A program made the translations under genes and the position numbers. From IMG/VR virus record IMGVR_UViG_2706794911_000004, positions 44,422 to 108,421 of that record: DNA of 64,000 nucleotides, one strand, 5' to 3'. The DNA is from a virus (lineage: Duplodnaviria; Caudoviricetes). This document shows positions 30,509 to 39,627 of this stretch, piece by piece; the stretch's first letter is position 1, and every line of letters begins with the position of its first letter. A model generated the notes under the pieces. It was not told the DNA's origin and made no database searches. It was given only the letters and a program-made list of their open reading frames with translations.

Positions 30509-30566
30509 TTTAACCCCTCCCCAAAAATTTTTCTACATATATAGGTTAGTCCAGATAAAAATTTAC

Positions 30567-30595
30567 TTAACTTTCAGCGGCGGGCGCGGTATATA
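30567..30595 (+). promoter_or_regulatory. Phage promoter motif TTAAC-N16-GGTATATA
   Basis: Back-to-back with the late-type motif at 30538..30566. Confidence 0.7.
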
Positions 30596-30754
30596 ATAAT
30601 GTACCAAAATTATAATCCTCCGTTATATTTTGTGTTTCGCCTTCCCCTCTCCAATGCAGGTTGGGGGAGGTGCTACATAACCGGTAGAGATATAGATGCT
30701 CTGTCGCTAGTGGCTAAAAGTTAAGCCTTAAATTTTAATTCGAGGAGGAGTAAA

Positions 30755-31519
30755 ATGAAAAATTTGCAAGTAATTCGAGGTGTAAGAGGTTATTTAGACG
30801 GAGATGGCGTTGCAATGCTAAATTTGGAAGACTGTGCTAGAGGATTAGGCTTCACAGAAACTAAAGGTGACTACATTAGATGGTAGAGACTAGAGGGATA
30901 CCTAGCGGAATTTGATTTCTCCACTTGTGGAGAAAGGCCAGAGTACATCCCAGAAAACATTTTTTACAGGTTATGTATGAAAGCGAAAAATGCAGTAGCA
31001 GAAGCTTTTCAAGCTAAGGTGGCTGATGAGATTCTACCAGCCGTTAGAAAGCATGGCGCGTACATGACAACAGAGGTGATTGAAAAGACATTGTCCGATC
31101 CTGATTTCATCATTGGTTTAGCTACTGCATTAAAGGAAGAAAAACAAAAGCGTATGGCGGCGGAGGCAGAGATTCAAGTTATGCAGCCTAAAGCACTATT
31201 CGCTGATTCAGTATCAGCATCTAGTACCACTATCTTAGTAGCAGATCTGGCAAAGTTATTAAAACAAAATGGTATCGACACTGGGGAGAAAAGATTATAC
31301 GCATGGCTTCGTGAAAATGGTTATCTGATAAAAAGAAAGTGTGCCGATTATAACATGCCCGCTCAAAGGTCTATGGACTTAGGACTATTTGAGATTAACG
31401 AATCTACCATCAATAGACCAGACAAAGAACCAATTATTAGAAAAACCACTCGTGTAACAGGTAAAGGGCAGCAGTACTTCATAGATAAATTTATAAAGCA
31501 TTTAGCTAGTGAATTTTAG
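30755..31519 (+). pseudogene. Bro-N/KilA-C antirepressor with an in-frame TAG
   Basis: ATG 30755 after GGAGG, in frame with 30977..31519; TAG at 30884 in YIRW*RL; ANT domain PKALFADSV...TRVTGKGQQYF. Confidence 0.8.
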
Positions 31520-31820
31520 CAGGGAGCCTCTAAACAGCTCTCTTGTGTTTAGAAGAAGGGGCGGCAATATGGAAGTGCAAATAGAAAAGATAGTAGCGGA
31601 ACTACTAATAAAACAATTAAAAACAGAAAAAATACGTGTACTTATAATAGGAAGAAACTGAAAAGGTTTTAAACTAGGACTTGCTCCGGGGGAGCAGAGG
31701 CAGAATGATGTTTTAATTCAATTACATGGTATAGATTTTTTAATTGAACAGCCTTTATACGATAGGTTAAATAGTATTAGAGTGTATTTAGCAGGACCAA
31801 ACTTTCATGCTATATATGTA

Positions 31821-31856
31821 GAAAAGCCCAAATGATACGTCTTTTTGGGCTTTTGT
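31821..31856. terminator. Bidirectional terminator-like hairpin
   Basis: AAAAGCCCAAA...TTTGGGCTTTT. Confidence 0.55.
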
Positions 31857-32010
31857 TCCATCTCTAAACCTCGCATTGTTTCGTTAAAAATATTGATTTT
31901 TAAAAAAGTTATTCACATTTTTATAAAATTTAGTTTCACAATTGCCTGAAAACCATTATATTTTGCAGGACTAAAGTCCTGCTGTTTGTCGAAACTTGCG
32001 GTAGAAAGTT

Positions 32011-32037
32011 GCAGGACTTTGGTTTGTTTTGGAGAAT
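32011..32037 (+). promoter_or_regulatory. SigH-type promoter
   Basis: GCAGGA-N17-GAAT upstream of the RBS. Confidence 0.5.
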
Positions 32038-32059
32038 CGAGTAGGTGGGAGGTGATATT

Positions 32060-32638
32060 GTGGACTATGAGGTTGTTAAACCAAATCTAATTACGCAATG
32101 CAAGAAGGAGAAAGAGTTCAATAAGAGGATGCAGAAGACCTTAGGGAAGAGAATGAAAAGAATGTCTAGTCTTACCTTATCTTATTCACAATGTTTGCCA
32201 ATAACCGAGTTATCTGGAAATTTGCGTTTACTTATACATCAACATGAAAAAGGATTCTCATTTAAAATTGTTAGTACCTCAGAAAAGATAGGTTATGTAT
32301 TTGCTTTACTAGAAGAAGAAATAGTGAACGTCTATTTTGTAGATGGCGAAGAAATTTTTGAGGAAAGGTCTGTGATTGGTCGAGGTATTATCGGAACTTT
32401 AGTAGCGGGTCCCTTAGGTGCTATTATTGGTGGTCTTAGTGGCCTAAGTCAAGCAAAGGCACAAGATAAATATATGATTATAAAAACCAATGAATATAAC
32501 ATTATTTTTAAATTTATATTATTTGAGAAGCTTCAAATTGGGATACTTCAAAAAGATTTTAAAAAAGCTTTGAAAGAAAAAATAATAACAAAAGATTCTA
32601 AAAGACAACAAGAACTGAAATTTTTGGATAAACTATAA
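32060..32638 (+). CDS. AT-rich moron-like protein with glycine-zipper motif
   Basis: SVIGRGIIGTLVAGPLGAIIGGLSG; own promoter; GTG start after GGAGG. Confidence 0.6.
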   Translation: MDYEVVKPNLITQCKKEKEFNKRMQKTLGKRMKRMSSLTLSYSQCLPITELSGNLRLLIHQHEKGFSFKIVSTSEKIGYVFALLEEEIVNVYFVDGEEIFEERSVIGRGIIGTLVAGPLGAIIGGLSGLSQAKAQDKYMIIKTNEYNIIFKFILFEKLQIGILQKDFKKALKEKIITKDSKRQQELKFLDKL

Positions 32639-32752
32639 AAATCATATCTAAAAATGCTTTCATATAGAATTAACAACCAACCATCCTTCTAATTCTGCAA
32701 AAGGTTTTATAAAGATAAACGGATGAAGTTCTCATTCCCTTCATCCATTTAC

Positions 32753-32911
32753 TTATTTTAGATTGATGTTGGAAAATAATGCTTCACAACCATAATCCTC
32801 TAAAAATTCCTCAAAACTAATAGGGGCATCATCTACTCCCTGTGTCTCGCACCAGTCTTCGTGTATTATTAGATATATTTCGTACTTATACCTTAGTTCA
32901 TCTCTGGTCAT
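32753..32911 (-). CDS. Small acidic hypothetical protein (MTRDELRYKYE...)
   Basis: 52 aa, below the ORF-track cutoff; ATGA coupling. Confidence 0.55.
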   Translation of the reverse strand: MTRDELRYKYEIYLIIHEDWCETQGVDDAPISFEEFLEDYGCEALFSNINLK

Positions 32912-33114
32912 TTACCCTTCCTCACCCCTGCCATTATCCTGAATTTGTACACACATGCTTCTGACAATAGGTTCCTGTCTCTGTTTCTGATTCTGATATG
33001 TGGGCACACACACTTTCCATTGGAGCCATTATACATCTTAAGCCATTTACAGTTATAACACTTCTTTTTTAAATCCGCTTGAGAATATTTATACCTTAAT
33101 TCATCTCTATTCAT
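32908..33114 (-). CDS. Small Cys-rich protein
   Basis: CYNC...CVC...C. Confidence 0.6.
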   Translation of the reverse strand: MNRDELRYKYSQADLKKKCYNCKWLKMYNGSNGKCVCPHIRIRNRDRNLLSEACVYKFRIMAGVRKGK

Positions 33115-33260
33115 TTACCCTTCCTCCTTATCCTCTTTTGTTTCCTGTTGGCAGCATATGTTAAAAACTCATCTTCTGATAGCTTTTCTTTCGCCGCCCG
33201 CCTTGCTTTTAAACCCTTATAAATCAGGCTTACAGCTTCTTCTTTGCCTAGAACTTTCAC
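33111..33260 (-). CDS. Small basic hypothetical protein
   Basis: 49 aa after the promoter motif; ATGA coupling. Confidence 0.5.
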   Translation of the reverse strand: MKVLGKEEAVSLIYKGLKARRAAKEKLSEDEFLTYAANRKQKRIRRKGK

Positions 33261-33286
33261 TAAAACACCACTTCCTTTCTTACTTT

Positions 33287-33347
33287 TATATACCGGAAAA
33301 ATAATAAATAGTTAAGGGTTAACTTTTGCGGGCGAGCACGGTAAGTA
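33287..33347. promoter_or_regulatory. Divergent pair of TTAAC-N16-GGTA promoters
   Basis: Minus copy 33287..33315 and plus copy 33319..33347. Confidence 0.75.
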
Positions 33348-33362
33348 ATAATAGGAAAGGAA

Positions 33363-33620
33363 GTGATGTTATTGGTTTTTCTTGCCATATTTTACTTATC
33401 ATCTGTGGTTGTTTTTTATTCTTTCATTTTTGCCTTGCACCTAAAATGTATTGCTGATGGAGGGTTTTATGGTCACTTATCAACCAGACTTGATAAACCT
33501 GAATCTGATAGTTCCTTGTCAGGAACTATGGTGCTAGGATTACTGCCTGTGCTTAACTTGATCGCAGTACTAATGCTGTTCTTAGTGGTATTCAAAGGTT
33601 TAGACTTAGGGGAATTATAG
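33363..33620 (+). CDS. Small membrane protein
   Basis: Two TM segments; LLPVLNLI. Confidence 0.55.
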   Translation: MMLLVFLAIFYLSSVVVFYSFIFALHLKCIADGGFYGHLSTRLDKPESDSSLSGTMVLGLLPVLNLIAVLMLFLVVFKGLDLGEL

Positions 33621-33641
33621 AGGGGGGAGGATGGAGTTTCA

Positions 33642-33953
33642 ATGAAAATTTACATTGCAGGTAAGATAACAAAGTGCCTTAACTTCAAGGCTAAGTTCGG
33701 GGCCGCAGAAGAGAAACTATGTGCGGAGGGGCACATAGTAATGAATCCTGCGGTGCTACCCGGTCGGTTTGACTTCGATGACTACATGCATATTTGCTAT
33801 GCCATGATAGACGTGTGCGATGCAGTATACTTTCTAGACAACTGGCAGGATAGCAGAGGTGCTAAACTAGAAATGGAGTATAGTATTGCATCTGGCAAAA
33901 TGGTATTATTTGAAGCTATGCAGGCTGAAAACCTTGGGAATATGATGATTTAG
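33642..33953 (+). CDS. DUF4406 (nucleoside deoxyribosyltransferase-like) protein
   Basis: KIYIAGKIT...NPA...CDAVYFLDNWQDSRGAKLE. Confidence 0.85.
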   Translation: MKIYIAGKITKCLNFKAKFGAAEEKLCAEGHIVMNPAVLPGRFDFDDYMHICYAMIDVCDAVYFLDNWQDSRGAKLEMEYSIASGKMVLFEAMQAENLGNMMI

Positions 33954-34029
33954 TAGAATGTATAGAAGTGCGCCAAGTGGAAAAGGCAATTAAGATATAG
34001 GAACCAGTAAAATAAGAGGAGGAAATTAT

Positions 34030-34332
34030 ATGAGTGAAAAGGTAAATCGAATGGACATTAAAGAATTTAGAGAAATGGGTCTATTAGCAGAGCTTAATAG
34101 GGCTTTCTTACATCCTTTGGGATTGGCCTTGGAGGTGTGCATAGAAGATGATGGCACTGAAAAACTTGGCGGCATACAGGATTATCGGGATGACCCAGAA
34201 GGAATGCTTTATTCAAAAGAGTATTTCCCTGCTGATAAAATCAAAAAAGCACAGGACTTTATCGCAGGAAAACATAAACAACGATGGGAAGCTTTAGGGT
34301 TTATTTACCAAGATGTGGATAATCCAGAATAG
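34030..34332 (+). CDS. Hypothetical protein
   Basis: Strong RBS; GLLAELNRAFLHPLGLAL...DYRDDPEG. Confidence 0.7.
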   Translation: MSEKVNRMDIKEFREMGLLAELNRAFLHPLGLALEVCIEDDGTEKLGGIQDYRDDPEGMLYSKEYFPADKIKKAQDFIAGKHKQRWEALGFIYQDVDNPE

Positions 34333-34343
34333 GTGGTGGTGCA

Positions 34344-34601
34344 ATGCTTTTTCAAGAATTAGATGCATGGGCATATGATATTGAGCTAGAGTATAATTAC
34401 CGTAATGGTATTAGCAGTAAGAAAAAGAGACAGCATGTGAAGCTATGTGCTCTAAGAGATGCCTTATACGCTAAGTATAAAGAGGAATTTGAGAAGTCAC
34501 ACAACCCAAGATCTTTTAGTATACCTGCGCCAAAGTGCTGTGGCTTAAGATCCGGTATAATTCCGCCACCACCACCTAATAAAAGTGTTAAAATTCAGTA
34601 A
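34344..34601 (+). CDS. Hypothetical protein
   Basis: ORF with RBS. Confidence 0.5.
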   Translation: MLFQELDAWAYDIELEYNYRNGISSKKKRQHVKLCALRDALYAKYKEEFEKSHNPRSFSIPAPKCCGLRSGIIPPPPPNKSVKIQ

Positions 34602-34847
34602 AAAGGGAGATGATAGAAGTTAGTGTTTACTAGCTTCTATTACTTTATGGAGGTGGTTGTGTGTCTAGAGGAATACATGTGAACAAAACGTGGGGAAACT
34701 ACGCTGTTGGATTCGAGAGAGTTACAGTAATGAAGTGGTTACGTTGTCCCCGCCCACTGGTGCTATCCAATAGTGTGTTCATATCTTTAGAAAGTGCACT
34801 ATACTAATAATAACCTCCTTATTATATAAATAGCTCTTTTAAAGAGC

Positions 34848-34879
34848 AACCCTCACCTTTTATTTGGCGGGGGTTTTTT
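34848..34879 (+). terminator. Terminator at a convergence point
   Basis: AACCCTCACC...GGCGGGGGTT plus T run. Confidence 0.5.
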
Positions 34880-34914
34880 CTATCAGTACAAGTTTATTTA
34901 AATTGTGGGCGGGA

Positions 34915-35208
34915 TCAATCAAAGTCACCATAAGATAAGTCTTCATCAACAAATGAATCTAAGATGTTGCACATATTACCAATAAAAATTTCGGTGTATT
35001 CCCTAACAAAATCATCTAGTGTACAAATAATATCCCCACCCCATTCAATGCCACATTCATCTGTTGCTAAAGTGTGTTCACCCATCTCTTTGTGTTTTAG
35101 GAGCTTTGTATCATCTACCATCTCACTGATTACCTCATCTAAATCCCAACCTTCTTGAAGCTCTAAAAACTGTTTTACTGCCATTAATGTTTTCTTATCT
35201 ACTTTCAT
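34915..35208 (-). CDS. Acidic hypothetical protein
   Basis: Start MKVDK after GGAGG. Confidence 0.6.
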   Translation of the reverse strand: MKVDKKTLMAVKQFLELQEGWDLDEVISEMVDDTKLLKHKEMGEHTLATDECGIEWGGDIICTLDDFVREYTEIFIGNMCNILDSFVDEDLSYGDFD

Positions 35209-35374
35209 ATTTATCCTCCTCATCTATTTGTTTGGGTATTACAGGCGAGGCGACGTAGAAACTACAATCTGTAATCCCTTTCCTGTAACACTCTTCACCA
35301 ACATGTAAAGCTATATGCTTACAGTCAGAACAAGTTTTTCTTTTGTGGCATGAATTGCATAAACAAGACCACAT
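35195..35374 (-). CDS. Small Cys-rich protein (MWSCLCNSC...)
   Basis: 59 aa filling the operon gap; GGGGG RBS. Confidence 0.5.
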   Translation of the reverse strand: MWSCLCNSCHKRKTCSDCKHIALHVGEECYRKGITDCSFYVASPVIPKQIDEEDKYESR

Positions 35375-35385
35375 ACTGTTGCCCC

Positions 35386-36063
35386 CTAATCATTAGTAAG
35401 AATGTTGTAACAATCTGTTACAATTTCAATCTGGTGTAACACATCGTCAATTGCATCATGCGCGTTGTTGTTTTCATATCTTGCCAGAAACTGCTCTCTT
35501 GTCTTGCCTACCTTAGTGTAAGCCAGCTCTAAAATTGTCCTCACGTCTCTATCGTTCCTGTAGTTTATAGGGTACTTAAGTCCGAGATTCTCCATCTGAG
35601 TTCTAATGAGGTTGTTATCAAACAGTGTCCCATCCCCCCACAAGTATACGGCACCTTCCTGCTCGTTCAGCCACCTACAAAAACATCTAACTAAATCATC
35701 ACTTGACATACTTCCTCTATTTAAAATATCCTGTAGAAGCTCTTTATTGGTGTTTAGCCACCACTTAATAGTTGATCCGGTTGTTTTCATTGTTTCATTC
35801 ATAGTAATATTTGCACATTCGTTAAATATTCTTCCTACATACCCTGTTCTAATATCAAATGTGGCGGCTGCAAGCTGGATAATATTAGAATCAGGTTTAT
35901 TACCTAGTGTCTCAATATCAACCATAATATCTGTTCTACTTGAAACTGCGGGCGGGTAGTCATCAGCTTTTATAATAACCTCAGTGACTACCCTCCTCTC
36001 TTTACGCCATCCTTCTTCGCTCTTAATATAAACGTCTCTTTCCACATTCTCATTAATTCCCAT
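35386..36063 (-). CDS. DEDDh 3'-5' exonuclease
   Basis: IMVDIETL, LFDN, RDVRT, HDAIDD. Confidence 0.85.
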   Translation of the reverse strand: MGINENVERDVYIKSEEGWRKERRVVTEVIIKADDYPPAVSSRTDIMVDIETLGNKPDSNIIQLAAATFDIRTGYVGRIFNECANITMNETMKTTGSTIKWWLNTNKELLQDILNRGSMSSDDLVRCFCRWLNEQEGAVYLWGDGTLFDNNLIRTQMENLGLKYPINYRNDRDVRTILELAYTKVGKTREQFLARYENNNAHDAIDDVLHQIEIVTDCYNILTND

Positions 36064-36153
36064 ATCTATCCCCTTCCCATTCTATTTAATATTTACAAAG
36101 TAAGTGATCCATAGGCTCCACCACTCTTAGGCGTGCCTACGTGGGCGGGTGAG

Positions 36154-36459
36154 CTAAGCAACATTTAATACATATACTTCTATTGCACCTCTACCCTTTT
36201 TACAGAATGTCCAGCCACTTTCAATTTCAAAACCTTCGGGCATTCTAGGATAGTATCTAATAAAATCTTCGGATATGTCATCTGTTGTAAATTCTGGGTT
36301 TTCGTCTAAAAATGAAAAGTCGGACTCTAGTTCATCACAATCATGCATACACCAATCTAGAAAATCTTTCTTAGATTTAAACAAGTCTTTTCTTCCAACT
36401 ATGCCAGTTAAAGAACCACAACCACCCTCGTAAAATGCCATTGTAGTAAATTTACTCAT
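36154..36459 (-). CDS. Hypothetical protein
   Basis: GGAGG RBS. Confidence 0.6.
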   Translation of the reverse strand: MSKFTTMAFYEGGCGSLTGIVGRKDLFKSKKDFLDWCMHDCDELESDFSFLDENPEFTTDDISEDFIRYYPRMPEGFEIESGWTFCKKGRGAIEVYVLNVA

Positions 36460-36501
36460 TTTCTCTCTCCTCCTTTCATCCCAGTCACCCCCTATAAAAA
36501 T

Positions 36502-37143
36502 TTATCTGTGGGCGGGGGCCAGGCATAACTCTGTAAATCTAGGTAAAGTCTTAATCCAATCACAATAGTACTGCCACTCTTCCAGCTTATGGTTATGCCT
36601 TTGATTATACTTTGATTTAAGTTGTAAATAGTTATCAGTAATTCTTGCTGTCAACTCTAGTCCCATAGGACAGTTTGATATTACTCTCTGGAACTGTTCT
36701 TGCTTTTCTGCTTTTGTTGCTCCATACATCTGGTTGTACAAGTTTATTTCTTCCTTTAAGCTTTCTTTAACATCTTCCCTTACATAAGGGTTACACATTT
36801 CATTGATATCCATTCTCAATATCCTATGCATCTTGCTCATTGAGGCTATATAATCGTGAAAATGATACCGGTCAAACTGTCTCCAAAAATATTCAGGGGC
36901 GACCATGTCGTACTGTACGATAATACCCTTTAATCCACAGTCATGGCCACTATTAGGTGTGGCGTTGCCTAAGTGTTTCATTCTTTTTAAATGTTGGTCG
37001 TATGTGGGAGGCAATTCCTCATCTTTTAATACTCGGCATATCTCATTAAATTCGTATTCTGGGTATGTCCCAGACATCATTGGGTACCCACTGGCCAGAA
37101 TTGACTCCTCCAGCCCGTAAACTTTAACATTTGATATTTTCAT
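36502..37143 (-). CDS. ThyX-like (divergent FAD-dependent thymidylate synthase fold) protein
   Basis: GHDCGLK, QFDRYH, SMSKMHR, NYLQLK...QR...HKLEEW pattern; canonical RHR motif altered. Confidence 0.5.
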   Translation of the reverse strand: MKISNVKVYGLEESILASGYPMMSGTYPEYEFNEICRVLKDEELPPTYDQHLKRMKHLGNATPNSGHDCGLKGIIVQYDMVAPEYFWRQFDRYHFHDYIASMSKMHRILRMDINEMCNPYVREDVKESLKEEINLYNQMYGATKAEKQEQFQRVISNCPMGLELTARITDNYLQLKSKYNQRHNHKLEEWQYYCDWIKTLPRFTELCLAPAHR

Positions 37144-37172
37144 GCTACTTTCCCTCCTTTTGTCTTCTTATT

Positions 37173-37201
37173 TATATACCGTATAAAGCGACAAGAGTTA
37201 A
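37173..37201 (-). promoter_or_regulatory. Phage promoter motif TTAAC-N16-GGTATATA
   Basis: Heads the leftward operon. Confidence 0.7.
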
Positions 37202-37404
37202 GCTCACTGAAACAAGTTTGTCAAAAAATTTCCCATAGGTCTTCCTCCCCCACTGAAACACTTTTTCCAAAAAATTTCCCATTGGTATCACAACGCACCC
37301 CCGCCCGCAGGGCGGTGTACAACAATTCCAAGGCACTGGGGAGGGTAAATGCTTATTGACAATATTTCCCTTTAAATTACTTAAATTCTTTTTAATTAAA
37401 AGCA

Positions 37405-37433
37405 TTGACGGAGTTCGTGATGCTTGCTATGTT
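37405..37433 (+). promoter_or_regulatory. SigA-type early promoter
   Basis: TTGACG-N17-TATGTT with extended TG and an AT-rich UP element. Confidence 0.6.
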
Positions 37434-37497
37434 GACAATGTACCACGACGGTACAGCAACATAGATTCTTGATAATTTAATAAAGGAGGAAGTCAAT

Positions 37498-37623
37498 ATG
37501 ACACGTAACGAAAAGATATCTTGTATAAGAGGGTTATACCTTGCAAGGGGCTACGAAGAAATAAAAAGTCCTTGTGGTACATATTACTTTGTTAAAGGCA
37601 GTAACCTTATAAAAGTACGGTAG
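37498..37623 (+). CDS. Small early protein (41 aa)
   Basis: AAGGAGG RBS; first ORF after the SigA promoter. Confidence 0.55.
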   Translation: MTRNEKISCIRGLYLARGYEEIKSPCGTYYFVKGSNLIKVR

Positions 37624-37707
37624 GACTTGTTTCCTGCTCCCTACCACCTAATATAGGTGGTAGGCAGGAGGGAATAAAATCCCTACTATACATACAAGAG
37701 GAGTTTG

Positions 37708-38151
37708 ATGGAAATGATTAAAAACAGTAGAGTAGAAGTAAACGAAGAGGGTAACATAGTTATCACAGTATTAACAGGGGTAGACACTAACAAAGAACTG
37801 CACGAAAACATCGAGGATTTAAAGAAAGTAGGCAGAATGTATATCCCAGAGACAGGTCAAAAAGGAAAGCCTTGTTTATTCTTTGCAGAGTTTGAAGGTA
37901 AATCACCTTATCAGAAGTACGACGAAGTAATAGTAAACGGTATTAAAATGAAGCTAACATTGAGTGTTAAAGTAGAAGAAGAAGAATTAAACCGGGCGGC
38001 GGAATTGAAACAAGCAAGAGAAATAGAAAAGAAAAGACTAGAGGGAGAAACTGCTATCAAGGAGAACCAAGATTTAAAGCAGCAACTAGCGAATATGCAG
38101 GCTATGTTAAATGAATTAATGGCAGACAAGAAGAAAGGAAAGAAGGCATAG
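37708..38151 (+). CDS. Hypothetical protein with C-terminal coiled coil
   Basis: GAGGAG RBS. Confidence 0.7.
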   Translation: MEMIKNSRVEVNEEGNIVITVLTGVDTNKELHENIEDLKKVGRMYIPETGQKGKPCLFFAEFEGKSPYQKYDEVIVNGIKMKLTLSVKVEEEELNRAAELKQAREIEKKRLEGETAIKENQDLKQQLANMQAMLNELMADKKKGKKA

Positions 38152-38363
38152 TGCCTTCCTTCCTTGCGGAGGTGGCAAGCGTGGTAGTACTGTATGCACT
38201 AGAGATTGACCATAAACAAAGACTTATACCTATACAAGCACCGACAGAGACTTTATGTAAGACACATTTAGAAAATCGTATGGGGCACTTCCCCTATACC
38301 CTGCTTAACACGCAAGTGTTCGGGTCCTGGGATGAGTACAATTATATGTTCGGAGGCATCTAG
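38151..38363 (+). CDS. Hypothetical protein
   Basis: ORF followed by a terminator (GAGGC...GCCTC-T7). Confidence 0.45.
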   Translation: MPSFLAEVASVVVLYALEIDHKQRLIPIQAPTETLCKTHLENRMGHFPYTLLNTQVFGSWDEYNYMFGGI

Positions 38364-38404
38364 CCTCTTTTTTTGTGTCCTTTTTTATGCCCATGAGTTG
38401 TATA

Positions 38405-38785
38405 CTATAGCGGCTTCAAAATTAACCCTTGAAAATGCACTTAGTGGCTTTAAAAACAACCCTTGAAATTTCAACGTTTCATTCTTTAACCTCTCACAAT
38501 ATACATTATGAGAGGTTTTATTTTGCCCTATATCGCCCTTCAAATTAACCCTTGAAAGTCCTATACCTGCCTGCAGGATTAGTAGCAAAGCTACTATATC
38601 GACTTTAAAAACAACCCTTGGTTTTGCAAGTTTGTTATGTTAATCTTGCAGAAAACAGCTAAAATCGGAGTCTCACACTAGGAATAAGTGACGCCAACTA
38701 GGTATCAATATTGCATATTAGTCATATTATGTGATGTCTACTAGTACATAACCATCTATATTGGCTTTAAAAACAACCCTTAAAA
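38405..38785 (+). repeat. Five 30-bp direct repeats CTATAKYGRCTTYAAAAHHAACCCTTGAAA (sixth copy at 39945..39974)
   Basis: Copies at 38405, 38439, 38528, 38594, 38756 and 39945; irregular spacing. Confidence 0.85.
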
Positions 38786-38827
38786 AGTGAAATATTACTT
38801 GAAAAGTGTAATTTTACACTATTGGAG

Positions 38828-39022
38828 GTGAATAAGCTGACGAAGCCTAGCAAATCTATAGATAAAAATAGCAAATCTACCTGCAAAGCAGGATCAATCA
38901 AAGATTGCACCTCCGAAGGAGGATCATTCGTAGAATGTACAGATAAAAATAGCGAAAGGACTGGTGAGTATGATACTAAAGGAAAGGATATAGCTAAAGT
39001 AATGATAATGTTATTACAGTAA
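38828..39022 (+). CDS. Hypothetical protein
   Basis: ORF track; weak support. Confidence 0.3.
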   Translation: MNKLTKPSKSIDKNSKSTCKAGSIKDCTSEGGSFVECTDKNSERTGEYDTKGKDIAKVMIMLLQ

Positions 39023-39108
39023 TTATATACTATCAGTTGTAGTCTCTGCCCCCGCCCCCACTTTTAGGGGGCTTATGTGGTATATAACAATTGAAAGGAT
39101 GAGATATT

Positions 39109-39351
39109 ATGAAGTTACAAGATGTATTTAACATGTCTGAGAGCACAGTATTTCAGTGTGTTACACAATTACAAGCTACTGAGTTTCTACGTACACTACT
39201 TAATGAAGATCGTGTATCAACAGTGTATTGGGATGTATATAAAGAGAACACATGCTATGAGCTGTCTGAGGGTATAGTATCCTATGGTAGCACTGGTCAT
39301 TTCTTGGATAATGGCTATAGTGTTGCTAGATTTAATGGATGGTCTGACTGA
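39109..39351 (+). CDS. Single copy of a phage-internal repeated domain
   Basis: VFQC...WDVYKENTCY...GIVSYG...FNGW matches the repeats in 54351..55661. Confidence 0.7.
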   Translation: MKLQDVFNMSESTVFQCVTQLQATEFLRTLLNEDRVSTVYWDVYKENTCYELSEGIVSYGSTGHFLDNGYSVARFNGWSD

Positions 39352-39389
39352 TACTACCCGCCCCACCAAATTTGAAAAGAGGTTAAAAC

Positions 39390-39575
39390 ATGAGAAAAAT
39401 AAAGTTTATTGGTAATGATGGATTAGCTTATGCTTTGTTTAAGGATAAGATATACACACCTATATATGAGAGTGAAGAAAATTATTTAGTTAAGAATGAA
39501 GTCAATGGTAATTCTATTGTACCAAAATGTAAATTTATAGTTATTAAAGATGAGGGTAAGGATTATACAGGCTAG
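39390..39575 (+). CDS. Small SH3-like hypothetical protein
   Basis: GAGG RBS; YLVKNE...IVPK. Confidence 0.6.
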   Translation: MRKIKFIGNDGLAYALFKDKIYTPIYESEENYLVKNEVNGNSIVPKCKFIVIKDEGKDYTG

Positions 39576-39627
39576 AGGATTTCTAGCCCCCCGCCCCACC
39601 AGATAAAAATTTAAGGAGGAGATTATT

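Noticed and set aside
30884-30886. Stop-codon reassignment suggested by in-frame stops
   Set aside because: The lesions include both TAG and TAA, and many intact genes end in TAG or TAA; structural genes are not fragmented
37172-37405. ORF-track 77-aa minus-strand ORF
   Set aside because: Overlaps promoters and repeats, lacks an RBS; likely non-coding
38405-38785. 30-bp repeats ending in TTGAAA as a CRISPR array
   Set aside because: Gaps are irregular (4, 59, 36, 132 bp), the repeats are degenerate, and no cas genes are present
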